Shown here in pieces: positions 25,538 through 38,195 of a stretch of DNA of 64,000 nucleotides. Numbering within the stretch: position 1 is the stretch's first letter; each line of letters starts with the position of its first letter. The position numbers were made by a program, and so were the translations under genes. A model generated the notes under the pieces. The model was not told the origin of the DNA. It did no database searches and saw only the letters and a list, made by a program, of their open reading frames with translations. Origin of the DNA: Callorhinchus milii. Lineage: Eukaryota. The stretch lies in contig NW_024704742.1 of the NCBI RefSeq assembly GCF_018977255.1, positions 119,786,001 through 119,850,000 of the forward strand, read 5' to 3'.

Positions 25538-25933
25538 CCAAACCTGAATGATGACTCGCTAAATCTTAGCACCAACGCCCCTGCTGAAGAAGCAGAAGAG
25601 GAGCTTGAAATCATTCATCCCATTGAAGGAGTCCTCAGCTCACCCACTCATCAGGAGTTGCAAAAGAATGAACAAGATAACCTATTAAGAGACCCCGACC
25701 AGGAATCTAGAAATAGCCTCAAGAGCAAACCAACAGCAGTTGTACAAGTTACTGATTACACAACAATGGAGCACTTCCACCAAATGATGCCAAACTTTGC
25801 AAACAATGGACTGGAGGCACATTTGTCCGGCCTGACCAAAGTAAGGCAGAGTGTAACTACCAAAGTCAACAGAGTGACTTTCCAGTCCCAGACTATGTTA
25901 AACAACCAGTCCACCAAGCATTTAAGCAAATGA
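25538..25933 (+). CDS. Cytokine receptor terminal (cytoplasmic) exon as written; true C-terminus may continue in the -1 frame to 26082
   Basis: ttgttag|CCAAAC. Encodes PNLNDDSL...EEELEII...VTDYTTMEHFHQMMP...HLSK*. AATAAA at 26167-26172. Confidence 0.8.
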   Translation, partial: PNLNDDSLNLSTNAPAEEAEEELEIIHPIEGVLSSPTHQELQKNEQDNLLRDPDQESRNSLKSKPTAVVQVTDYTTMEHFHQMMPNFANNGLEAHLSGLTKVRQSVTTKVNRVTFQSQTMLNNQSTKHLSK

Positions 25934-26374
25934 ACACCAAAACAAGTAGAAATCAAACAGAGTGGGTTATACAGCTGAAGGATTCAGAAACCCTGAACTT
26001 GTTAAATAGTCTGAATTTGAAGCAGAAGCCATCAGGTGAACAATGTGAACATCTTTATTCTGAGGATTCAATACATTTGTAGAATTATTTTACTGTGATT
26101 ATTAATATTAGACAACTTCTACAACAATTATTTTTAGACCTTTATGGACAATATTTAGTCAATAATAATAAAATAACCATTTGTTCACACTATTACCACT
26201 GTTACCACTGTGCCAGGCTCTACAAAACAACTTGCACTTATATAGTGCCTTTCAGGATGAATGACTTAAAGCACTTAACAAATATGGTAGGAAGCCATGA
26301 GCAGAAAGTAAAAGGATTTTGACCAGCAGCAGTAGAATATAAAATACAAAAGTTAATCAGAATTAATCTAGAAT

Positions 26375-27345
26375 ATCAGCTTAGCTCAGTTGACTAAACA
26401 CTCTTGCTGCTTAGTCAGAAGGTTGTGGATTGAAGCCCACATTGGGTATTTGAACTCACAGAATCTGGCCTGGAGCTTGTCAGATGTTGAATGAACCACT
26501 AGTGCCTTTTCTCCTTCAGTGGGAGGTCGCTTTGGAGCTGAACTGGCTTCAAGGTGACATGCTTGGGAACGTAATGTTGGAATCGAGGCAGCCTTCTGTG
26601 GCGGTCTCGGTAGTCCGGTTCACGAGACAGGCAGGTCCGCAGTATTCCAGGGCACTGCTAATGACAGCACAGCCATCCTGGCTCAGCAGCAAGACTTGGA
26701 AGGGCAGATCAGTCACTGAGGGCAGGGAGTCATCCCACTCAGCTCTCGTTAATCCCGCAAACCAAAGCCCTAATAGACGGTGTCTTCCTAGCTTGACAGG
26801 CAGCGGGAAAGCTTGCCAGACAGTGATATCAATGGCAAGCTATGCAGTTTTAGCTGGTTAGAATCCAGGAGTACTCGAGTGCACATTCTTGGGTCCCCAA
26901 ACTTGGCTCTTGCCAACCTGCGCCTAATACTTTCCGGATTTGGGTAAGCAGGATGTGTCCCTCCAGGGATAGAAGGCACATTCCATTCCAACAATCTATC
27001 TCTAGAATTTCCATATGTAGGTGGGATCCAGTGCTGGGGTTGCGTTGCATTGTTGGAGGCACCATCCTTTGGATGAGATGTTAACCTGAGGACTTGCCTG
27101 CTTATTCAGGTGAATGTTAAAGATCTTGTGGCACTACTGGAAAAGAGAAGAGAGTTTCTCCCAGTGCACTGGCCAAAAATTCCCCAAATAAAATTGGTCA
27201 TTAATTTCATGGCTGTTTGTGGGGCACAAATTGGCTGTCACATGACCACAAAATACACAGTTACTACTCATTGAAGTAAGTGGTGTGAACTACTTTGAGA
27301 CATCCACTTGATGTGAAAAGTGTTCTATCAAATGGAAAGATTATT
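26375..27345 (+). mobile_element. Deu-domain SINE split by an insertion (~26484-27030) of a hairpin-rich repeat
   Basis: Head at 26375-26480; core and tail resume at ~27030. Confidence 0.7.
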
Positions 27346-30300
27346 CAGGATGTAAGAATTAAAACTACTTACTATTCACATTGAAAAAACCTCTCTTGAA
27401 TAGTAATAATAAAACCATTTGGACTCTTATGGCATTTAAGGAAATATATAGTTTCTGTACTCTACAGAAATCTGTACCCTAGTATCAGTTTTATAATTAT
27501 TGTACTGTGCCACTTTAGATATGTTTTGTATAGTTGGAAGGATGAAAAGGGTAAGCCATCTTACCAAATTATTTTATTGACAGCATTGATATTTTGTAAT
27601 GTTGGGTTTTATTCAGCAAATTGTGTTACTAGGCAAACAATGAAAACCAAAGTTGACATAAGTATACAATATTATTTTGTCAAGCTCTTTGTTCACATGT
27701 GAGCTCCTGACTGGCTGGTGTTCTAATGGATTTAAAATGACTGTTCAAACTAGAGAATAGAGGCGGGAGAGCATGAAGGGATTTATAGGTGATGATGAGA
27801 ACCTTGAAGTCAATCCATTGGGAGACAGTGGAGTCATGCAGGCGAGGGTGTGGGCAGCTGAGATTTGGATTAGCCGGAGTTTATGGATCATGGAACTGAG
27901 GAGATTGGCATCCAGTGCATTTGAAATCTAGTGGGAAGGTAACACAAATGTAAATAAGAGTTCAGCAGAATTTGATGTGAGCTCAGGGGAGGAAGGCAGA
28001 CAAAGTGGTGGATGTGAAACCCAAATATGAGGAATATATTTCACACATTCTAATAATCTTTTGTGAAAACATCTTCCCTTTATGTCTCTCTTTTTCAATT
28101 TTATCCTCTCAGTCTCATTTAGAAATAGAAAAGCTTCAGCTGGATTCCCCTTGTGACGGATTCACCTAACATTGTTAGTTTAGAGTATCAAAGGATATGG
28201 AGTAAAGGTGGGTAAATGGAGTTGAGGTACAGATCAGCCACGATCAATAGAATGGTGGAACCAACTTGAGTGGATGAATGGCCGACTCCTGTTCCTACGT
28301 TCTCTGCTGCAGTAACTAAACTCTAGTTTTATAAAGCATTTTATCGTGGGTGAATTATCTCATTTATTGAATCAAAACCATGCCAGGACTCTAATATCCT
28401 TTCCATTTACAAGGTGTCAAAAATTGAACACAATACTTCAGCTGTGACCTAACTCATGTTTTATATTCATGTTTTATACAGATTTATCATCTCCTTTTGC
28501 ATTCAAACTTTGTGTTTTATATATATATAAAAATTACTTGTATTTATATAGTGCCCTTCACGCAGGCAGCATCTCAGAGCTTAATAGTAGCGGAGCTTGA
28601 TGTCGAGCCGGGGAGAGGAGGTGACCTTATAAAATATAGGATCGTTTTTCCATTTTATGTCTTTTCCTCTTTCTGCTTGGTAACAATATTGGAGGGTACA
28701 TAGTTAGGTGCTAACCTCACTGAATAAATGTCTGACAGGATAAAAATTATTTCCTGCTGCTGGGGCTAAAGGGGTAGGAGAAGGCTTTAGCTAAATAGTA
28801 GAGTTGCGAAATGGATAAATATTCTGGAGTTACCTTGGGAGGAATATCTATATAACCAATCTATATAGAACTGTCTCAACAATGAATTTAGTGGGTTGAT
28901 TGTGGGGGTTGAAATGTGAGATTGGCAAAACAATATATTGCAAAGTAAGGAAAGTCACAAAATGCCCACAAAATTACTTTAACAGCAGCTTTGTGAAATG
29001 AAAGTATCTATAGCCATCCATCAAGTCACATCCTCGCTCAACCTGATGAGTCTTTTTGTTGTTGTGGCTGGAAGGTAATAATAATCTTTGCATTTGATAG
29101 AAATTATTATATTGTTAAGACATCTCAAAGTGCTTCACAGGATTTTATTGTGAAGTATAGTGACTGTATTTGTAGATGAACACAGCAGCCAATTCGTACA
29201 GAGCAATGTTCCACAAATAGCCACAATGTTGGCGAGGATATCAAGAGAAACTCCCTTCCCTTTCCAGTATTGTCATGAGATCTTTAACATAAGCCTGAAC
29301 AGGCAATGGGACCTCAGTTTAACATCTTATCTGTCACCCCCAACAATGCAGCACACCCTCAGCACCATATTGGCACTTGCCCGACTCCACTGGCTTTCCA
29401 TCACACAGAGGATACAGTTTAAGATCCTGGTCCTCACCTTCAAAGCCCTCCATGGCCTTGCTTCCCCCTACCTCTGTGACCTCAACGTGGGGTTTGAACT
29501 TAAAATCTTCTGACTCAAGAGGCGAATGTGTTACCAACTGAGCCAGGCTGACATTGCCTCATATCCAGTAAACATCAATGGAAGTCCCCAGCTGAAATGA
29601 CAATATGACCTTGTTAGGTTACGAAATGTTGGGGGGCACAGCTTTCAAAAGTTTTTCCTCTCAATTGGTATAAAAAATACTTTCTTTTAAAAAATAGGGA
29701 TCAGTGGTAACAATATTGCGTAAACTTAGAATAAATCAAAACCTGCTTTTCACATACTTTAGCTTCACTATGGTTTTCTTTTCTGAAAAAGGACTTATAG
29801 ACTGATAGCATAGCAAAGGAAACTGGTGAATCATGTTACAAAGCAGCCATGTACTTTACTCTAAGGTGGAAAATGTTATCAGATTTGTTCATATTTGGAA
29901 GTTCCCTGATAGCTGTTATCTATACTGCAACTTTTTTTTATCTACCATCAGCCCTTTCAAATAGTTACATAACCATTTCTTGTCTGCAAATGAATAAGAT
30001 AAAATAGTTCTCAGAATAGGAGTAGTGCTACATGGAACTACATGCACAACTTCAATCAAAGTCAATTAGAAGATCTGTTTTTCTTATCAGTTCCATGGTG
30101 GGTGTCGAGACATCCTGTCACTATTATCATTCACTATCTTTGCAGAAGTTAATATATGCAGCATCCTACAATCACATTGATAAAGAATTGAAGATTGAAG
30201 ATATTCAGAGTTTGCAAAAAGATCACTGAAGAAGTTAGCATGGTGCAGGCATGATGAGCCAATCCAGTCCTTTGCTAAAATTTCTATGATTCTATAGATT

Positions 30301-30496
30301 TGTATCTCAACAACTGAGCAAGTTTTTTTTTAAACTTACTATCCCACTATACAAGTAAAAAAAACTATCTGAACTGCTCACTGTTTTTAGTTAGCGGTGT
30401 AACCATGAAATCCAGTTTCGTAATGTTTGAGAACTTTTAAAGTTGGAATTAGTTACCTAATACCAAACCTTGCTTTTAATGTAGTTCGTTTCTTTG

Positions 30497-32156
30497 TCTC
30501 TGCCACTGTCTGACACCGCAGGCAGCCAAAACCCTCATGCACGCTTTCATTACATCGAGGCTTGACTACGCAAACTCCTTGCTTGTCGGCCTCCCCAACT
30601 CCTCTTTCAATAGGCTGCAGATCATCCAGAACTCTGCAGCCCCATGTCCTCTCCCGCACAAGGCTCCGTGACCCTATCTCCCCCATCCTCACCCGACTCC
30701 ATTGGCTTCCCATCACACAGAGGGTACAGTTCAAGATCCTGGTCCTCACCTTCAATGCCCTCCATGGTCTTGCTCCTCCCACTTAGGGGAAGAGAGGGGC
30801 CTTCTGCCACCCTGCCCCCATCCTCTGGAACTCCATTCCACAGTCCCTCCGCCTCACCCCCTCCCTTACCTCCTTCAAGACCCATCTCAAGATCCTCCTC
30901 TTCGACCGTGCTTTTGATCACCTTGCTTCTCCCCCTCCCCGATCCCGACCCCCAGTTCGGGTCCACACCTCTGCTTATCCAGCGCCTTGGGACATCATCA
31001 CGATACCCTTCCTCCGTCATCCACCTCAGTGGGACCGCACTCGCCTGGTTCGAGTCCTACCTCACAAACCGCCAGCAGTACATCTGCACAAACGGCTTCT
31101 CCTCCCGCTCTCACCCGGCCACCTGCGGGGTATCCCGAGGATCCATCCTAGGCCCCCTCCTCTTTCTGATCTACAAGCTCCCTCTTGGGGATGTCATCCG
31201 CAGACATGGGGTACATTTCCACATGTACACAGACAACACGCAACTCTATTTTTCCACCTCTCTTTGCGACCCCCAGTCCCCTGATGTTCTGTCAGTCTGC
31301 CTGTCAGATCTCAGGGGCTGGATGAGCGCAAATTTCCTTCAGCTGAATGTTGACAAGACGGAAGCCATACTCTTTGGGTCTCGTCAACGTCTAAAATCTC
31401 ACGGTTCTCACCTCCTTCACCTACCCAACCTCCCACTAAAACTCTCCAAACCCGTACACAACCTAGGCATCAGGTTCAACCCCCAATTATCCTTCCTCCC
31501 CCACATCCGGTCCCTCACCAGCCTTCTTCCACCTCCAACGTATCACCCATCTCCGCCAATACCTCTCTCCGAAAGCTGCTGAAACCCAAGTCCATGCCTT
31601 TGTCACCTCTCAGCTGGACTATTCAAATGCCTTCCTCCCATCCACTACCATTCATAAAATCCAGATCATTCAAAACTCGTCACCCACATTCTCACCCGCA
31701 CCAAACTCCACTCCCCGATCACCCCAGTCCTTGCCAGACTGCACTGGCTCCCTTTCCCAGAGAATCGACTACAAGATCCTCACCCTTGTATTCAAATCCC
31801 TCCACTCCTCTGCACCCCCCTAACTCTCTGACCTCCTCTCTCCTCAAAACAGTACCCGTTGCCTTCGTTCCTCTGGGTCTGGCCTCCTCCTCGTCCCGAG
31901 TCCTCCGCTCCACCCTCGGCAGCCGTGCCTTCAGCCACCATGCCCCGAGGCTCTGGAATTCCCTGTCTCACTCCCTTCACCTCGCCCCCTCTCTTCCCAT
32001 TTTCAGGTCTCTGCTGAAGACCTTTCTTTTCGACCGCACCTTTGGTCACCTTCCTCCCCTTTCATCCTGGCTCAGCCCCGGGATCCGTTACTGTAAAGCG
32101 CTCTGAGATGCAATCCAGCTTGGAGGGCGCTATATAAATCCAAGTTGTTGTTGTTG
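30497..32156 (+). mobile_element. Two abutting L2 fragments (30497-31000 and 31005-32156)
   Basis: RLHWLPITQRVQFKIL; ALAWFESYL...GSILGPLLF...FHMYTDNTQLY...NFLQLNVDKTEAI; (TTG)n tail near 32150. Confidence 0.9.
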
Positions 32157-34780
32157 AAAGTCACTATACAAAATGTAAATTTGTTGTTTTTTGTCTATTT
32201 GTTCATTTCGATTTATCAGCGAATCTTTGACGTAATCAGAGGAACATTCTTGGGAGGAAATACTGAGTCTGATATTAAGTGGGAGATAATTTAACATTGA
32301 TAAGTACTAGACACCAACACATTAGGTTTTAATCAATTTAGCATTTTAACTGTTTCAGTGGCTTGGGACATCCTCCCTACGTGAAAGGCGCTATACAAGT
32401 GTAATTTTGTTGTTGTTTCAGCTGTATTAATACAGCTATTTTGTAGCTTGCATGCCTAAAATCAAAGCTTTACTTTCATTTCCCTGCAATTTGTCATCTT
32501 TCTGTTTTGGTCATTTCTTAGAAGACAAAAGAGTGAGATTAGAGAATAGAAATTTACAAACAAAATGAACAGGATGGTGATATACAGAAAATTCATTATC
32601 CCTCAGAAAATAACACTCAAGTTAAATTGTCCAGTGCAGAAAGTGTTGCCTTTATATTGATGGTCAGCAGTGAAATGTGTTCTGCAAAAATATATCCTTG
32701 GAACTAGAGTTATGTCATAAATGTGGCTTTTTTAGAAAACAACATTTGGTTCAATGCTGGGTGAGGGAACTATAGCGAGGCATGCTACGAAGCTGCCATT
32801 TACTTTACATTGAGATGGAAGATATTATTAGGGTTATTCAAATGTGGAATTTCCCTGTTTGGTATTCAGATGTACAGCTTCAAATTAAACTTTTATATGT
32901 GAAGCATCTATTTATCTATCTTTTCAAAGCAAATTGGATAACTATTTCTAGACCATAAATGGATGAGAAGCTGTTGAATGAATATCAACTCTACATGAGT
33001 AAACGTGCAACACTTCAATCTATGGCAAATAGTATTTAATGTTAGAATACTGCACTGCAATAGAAAAGCGTTTAATTTTATCAACTCTGAACTGGGTGTT
33101 GGAAATTGCAATATATTTTGCAATGTACTTTTAGACAGCTGACAACATATCCATGCAACCGATTGCCTTGTTGATGTGCTTTTATGCAAAGTGACTACAC
33201 AGGAAAATCCATCAGGTATATTATTATTGACACATTTTCCCCCAACTTGTATTAGAAAGTTAGTTACCTTAAAGAAAGACTTTATGATAAAGTGAAGTCA
33301 GACATGGTTATCTTCTAGTGAAGACATTTGCACATTTGGTCTTTTTTCTTCGCTTCCTTAACATTACCCGCTTCCGCCTCTCCCTCTCTCACCAAATTGT
33401 GCCGAAACCCCTATTCATGCCTTTGTTATCTCTCGCCTACACTTTTCAAATGAACTCCTGAATCAAGTGCAGCAGTTCGGAAGTGTGGCAACATCTCCAT
33501 CAGTGCTTCAAGATGATGGCCAGCACACAGGAAACCAAAGCCCAAATCATCCAGGTTGCTGCTGTCATCCACTGTGCATGCAGGAAATATCAGCAACAAC
33601 TTCATGACCCATAAATTGGCCATTTTTACTTCTCCTGTACAGGTTACTGTTTTGAAAGGCTGATGAAGCCAGCCATCTTTCTAGCATAAATTGCACACTT
33701 GCAGATACAAAGAATATTGTTACTGTAGCTACTTTTATGTCAGGATTGGCAACACGAATCACAATTCTTGAAACTGGATTGCTGGGACTGATCAACGTTG
33801 ACGATGACTGGAGTAAGTCAAGCAAGCAAGTAACATGGGGCCCCAACAAACTAATCATAAGTTAATGCAGTTGCAAATCAAAAATGTGACAAAAGTTTGA
33901 AGTTTTACAAATCCAACCTTTTACTGAACCTTTGCATCACCAAGATTCTATATTTCTATAAAGGCACAAATCATTTCTAAAAAAAACAACATAGATAATA
34001 TAAACTTTTATATCATGTATCCCAACAGGACAATGAACTGTTCCCAATGATAAGTGAAAGAAACTAACAAACATGCTATCAGACAACAATTCCTCCATAG
34101 ATACGGCAACAGGGAAAAGACCACATGACCTATATGGCTTCTGTAACACCAAGGAGAAAAACAATTATGCAAAAATGATGGCTGATTATTTGAAAGCATT
34201 AGGAGCAAATTCCCTTAACCGTATTTAAATCTAAAACACAATTTCATATTGTTCTTCGCACTCCATAGTTCCTGATAGTCATTTTGATGTGGGGAGAGAG
34301 TCATTGCTGAGCTGTTGTTGCATTAGTCTCTAGTGTTCCTGACGTAGCCTTCGGAGCAGGTTGCCTGCCCCAGAGGCAAGTAGCAGAATGAGACCTTTTG
34401 TTGGCATGCTTTCTGTCTTGTCTTCTCATTGAAAGGTACTTTCTTACCTGATACCATTATCAGAAAAAGAGTTTAAGCAGCCCTTAGAAGACCAAATTTA
34501 CATTGCATAATTATCAACCTACGCAAATGTTACAACTGAAAAACAATAGCTGTTCGAACAGAAGCTCTCTTTTTATTATAGTTTCAACAACTATATTCAG
34601 TTATCATTTTTTTGATTAAACCAAATTTACAGCTGTATCCCCCGCTCCAGTAATCACATCAGAAATCCGAGGACATTGTAAAATATCACAAAGCTCTAAT
34701 GTCCTAAGTATGTTTCCAGTTGTATTTTCTGAATTATATTGTAAATACCAATCAATTCAGGAGTTTTTAATACTATAAAT

Positions 34781-34965
34781 CAGTGGTGGCCAACCTTTAT
34801 TGTCAGCCAACAAAACAAATTTTCTTGATTGAATATTTCTTGATTGATGCCATAAATCAAGAAAAAAATGGAAACACACTATTGATTGAACACAGACTTA
34901 TCTAGACTAATGAAAATGTCGTGGGGCCACTTTTGGCCCACGGGCCATGGGTTGGCCACCCACTG
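34781..34965. mobile_element. hAT (Charlie-type) MITE
   Basis: TIRs cagtggtggccaacc / ggttggccacccactg; subterminal ggcccacgggcc; 8-bp TSD ctataaat / ctgtaaat. Confidence 0.85.
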
Positions 34966-37269
34966 CTGTAAATGGATTGTTTTGTTTTATAAATGTTATA
35001 GCAAATTGCACTTCACAGTTTAGCACATTGTACAAATGGCATCTTTCCAGGCTTTCCAGCCTTACAAGCATTAAATATCACAAGATTGCAGTAAACAGTC
35101 CACGTATGTCACTCCCCTAACATACAAAGCATCTTTCAAAAGGTAAACTGTACAGAACTGGATAACTATTTAGCTTATATAACAACTAACATGAAATTCT
35201 ATCAAGACAACATACCTTCAGTGCTATCAGAACTGTGAACCAATAAATAACATGTGCTGTGTGATTCTGTAAGAACATGGACATTTTTATTCCAACTATT
35301 AACCGTAGTGTGCTAAGTTTAACAGACTAACTTCTGTGCCGATACGTACAGTATTTGCATTCAGTTACAGCTCTGGTATAATTCACAAATCTCCATTTTC
35401 ACTGGTTAGGAAACAATTACATACTGAAATAGATTTTAATAGTTTCTTATTAACTGAAATACAACTAATAACCTAGTGTAACTGATTATTTGTGAGAAAC
35501 AAGTTATGGCCTCTGAATGCAGGTATCACATCTCTAAGAAATGTGCAATGAACTAGTTGTTATATATATTATATATATATATTATACATTGTATTGGGTC
35601 ACAAAACTGATAGAATTATAGTATAGCCTCCCTCTAAAACAGACCAAATCAGTTGATTCTCATTGAAAATAGAAATTCATAACAAAAAAGGTTAGAAAAG
35701 TGGATTTCTAGCCATGGTACTATTTATAAATATTCCAACTGTTGCAGGAAATACCTCACTTCTAGCCTCCAACATTTCTTTCTCCATCCCATCTTTCCTA
35801 TATTTTTTCTATCTTGATGCTATTATGGCCAATGCTCCCAAGAGTTTTCCCCTCTTGCTCCTCAGTAGCTCCAAATACGACATCTTAAATGCTCTTCGTC
35901 TCTTCTCTGTGCTGACATCAATACTCTCTCGACTTCAACTCATTCTTTTACAGGACCTAAAGACTGTAGAGCTACGTATCTTGCTTCAGTTTCCCTTTCC
36001 TCTACAAACTGCAATCTTATAAAATCAAAGCTTGGTTACACCTCATCATTTCTTCTTGATTTCTCATTTTCTTGGCTTTTCTTTTCAAGCTGGAAGTTCT
36101 GATTAAGCCCATCACCTGAGTTCTCAATAATAACGTTCTGGCAGCTAAAAGCCTCAATTATTATATTTGTTATACATTAAAATCTGAAATGTGACATGTT
36201 AAAATGCAGAACAGTTGTAAACTACTGTCTGCTAACTTAACGGTAAGTGGCACCAGAGCAGTACAACAAAAATCATACCACCCTCAGATGTCCAGTTCTG
36301 GTACCTTTGCTGACAACCTCATTTGTTTACCTCTTACTAGTAATGTACCAAATGCTGGCAATATGCAGATAGAACAGCAAACAATTACTCCACTTATGCT
36401 TGGATTTCAAAAGGGAATTATAATGTGGAGCAACATCCTCAGCTGCTATCTTTCAACAGCAATATACTAATACAGCAATTTCGGATAAACTGAAGTCTCG
36501 GTAAAAATATTGATGTTATTGCGACATTACTATTCTCAGAATGTTCATTGTGTATTATAAAGGCCTCTGTCTCAAACAATACATACACATTTTGATTTAT
36601 TTTCTAAAGTCATACCATATAAGAAAAATGCACAGGTAGTATAATTCTGCATTTTAATTTACTCAAAAATAACTGTACTTAACTTATTATCAAGTAAGTA
36701 GCACTTGCAACCAACATGTTTTTGCCCTACAGTAACGGAATAAAATCAGGATTATTCTGCTTCAATGTGCATTTTTCTACATGTAATCTATTGGGGCCAT
36801 TTGAGCACAAATGCTATCAATGACATTTTACCTGCAAAAAGCCATGTCCACAACTAAAATAAGTGAAACATTTCCAGTTGATGAAATGATTAGTAAAATA
36901 ACAGGAAGGTATGACAGTTTACCCCTTGTTATAAATAATAGTTGTAAAATGATGTTATCTTACAGTTTAATAAAAAAAACTTACAGTTTAATAAAACTCC
37001 ATGAAGGCAAATGTCTGCTTTCTGTAAGAGTTTTTTAAAAAATAATGCATGTATTTACATATCCTTCATGACAAATACACTATTCATTTTCAATCTTGAG
37101 CGACATAATCCATACGACGTTTGTTGGCTGACGAACCAACACAGCAAAGGTTTTACTAGACATACCCCACTCCCAATTTTCAGAGATTGAAGCAACACCC
37201 ATTCATTCATAGGCTCCAACGGAAAAATGCCACATAGACATGTAATTGTTTTAAAGAGATGTTGAATGG

Positions 37270-37533
37270 CTAATAACAGTCTTCAGATAAAGAATCAAGT
37301 TGTTTATGCATAGAATTTAAGTCTTCAGTCACTGTATCAGATTTCTCTTCACCTCCCTCTTCAACCCTCACTGAAATAATATTCTCAGACTTGGGCGCTT
37401 GTTCTATGGTGTTGTCAATTAATTTATGGTTGCCATTTTCTTTAATTTTGACCAAACCTTCGCTGTTGGTGTCTGTACTTTCTTTGTCCTTTTCACTACT
37501 ATGCCCTTCGTCATTACTGCACTCTCTTTTCAC
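37270..37533 (-). CDS. SREK1: SREK1 terminal coding exon
   Basis: tattttacag|GTG...TAG. Encodes VKRECSNDEGHSSEKDKE...KIKENGNHKL...SEDCY*. Phase 0 matches exon 11. Confidence 0.85.
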   Translation of the reverse strand: MKRECSNDEGHSSEKDKESTDTNSEGLVKIKENGNHKLIDNTIEQAPKSENIISVRVEEGGEEKSDTVTEDLNSMHKQLDSLSEDCY

Positions 37534-37734
37534 CTGTAAAATAAAATATATTAAAATCATAGACAGCAATAGTATAATAATTTAAATATACCCTGTACCT
37601 TTAATCATCTTAGTTTAAACATTTTGGGTGGAGCGTGTAAGCCAAGACAGTTTTTGTTGTTACAGAAAACATTACAAAATGTAACTTGTATGACTCAAAG
37701 TAAGATATCATGAGGAAAACTGATGATTTTGTAC

Positions 37735-38195
37735 TTCAGCTGACAGCCAATGTTTCAGACTTGAGCTGGGGGGCGGGATTGGGGAGGGTGGAGGGCAGGG
37801 GGGAGAAGCAAGATGATTGAGTTGAAGAGGAGGGTCTTGAGATGAGTCCTGAAGGAGGCAAGGGAGGGGGTGAGGAGGAGGGACTGCGGGATGAAGTTCC
37901 AGAGGGTGGGGGCAGAGTGGCAGAAGACCTGTCCGCCAAGGGTGGGGCGTCGAAGGAGCGAAGCAGGCCGGAGCCCGCTGAGCGGAGGGAGCTGGAAGGA
38001 TGTTAGGAGGTCGCAGAGGTAGGGAGGAGCAAGACCATGGAGGACCTGGATCTTGAACTTTATCATCTGAGTGATGGGAAGCCAGTGGAGTCGGGCGAGG
38101 ATTGGGGTGATAGGGTCAGGGAGCCTGGTGCGGGAGAGGACATGGGTGCAGAGTTTGGATGATCTGCAGCCTATGGAGGGAGGAGTTGGGGAGAC
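37735..38195 (-). mobile_element. L2 LINE 3' fragment
   Basis: LHGLAPPYLCDLL...SAPTLWNFIPQSL. Confidence 0.85.

Larger units (their letters stand above)
218..25933 (+). other. Gene span (3' part, 11 coding exons) of a tall class I cytokine receptor, IL-12Rbeta1-like (gp130/IL-12R family)
   Basis: 11 exons with GT-AG boundaries join in one frame (1754 nt). Domain order CHR-D3, 3xFN3, TM, Box1 (WPNIPNP), cytoplasmic tail. Signal peptide and D2 exons must lie upstream of the window. Confidence 0.92.

Noticed and set aside
25780..25860. Programmed -1 ribosomal frameshift or a micro-intron explaining the two-frame tail
   Set aside because: No canonical X XXY YYZ slippery heptamer in frame, and the gtaagg at 25841 leaves no room for a normal intron before the YxxQ codons.
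30644..31582. 312-aa ORF
   Set aside because: Read-through across two adjacent L2 fragments.
36036..36144. Purine-rich minus-strand frame (CQNVIIENSG...EKSRRNDEV*) as an alternative SREK1 last exon
   Set aside because: Its phase does not match exon 11, it resembles nothing I recognise, and 37270-37533 already provides a SREK1-like C-terminus.
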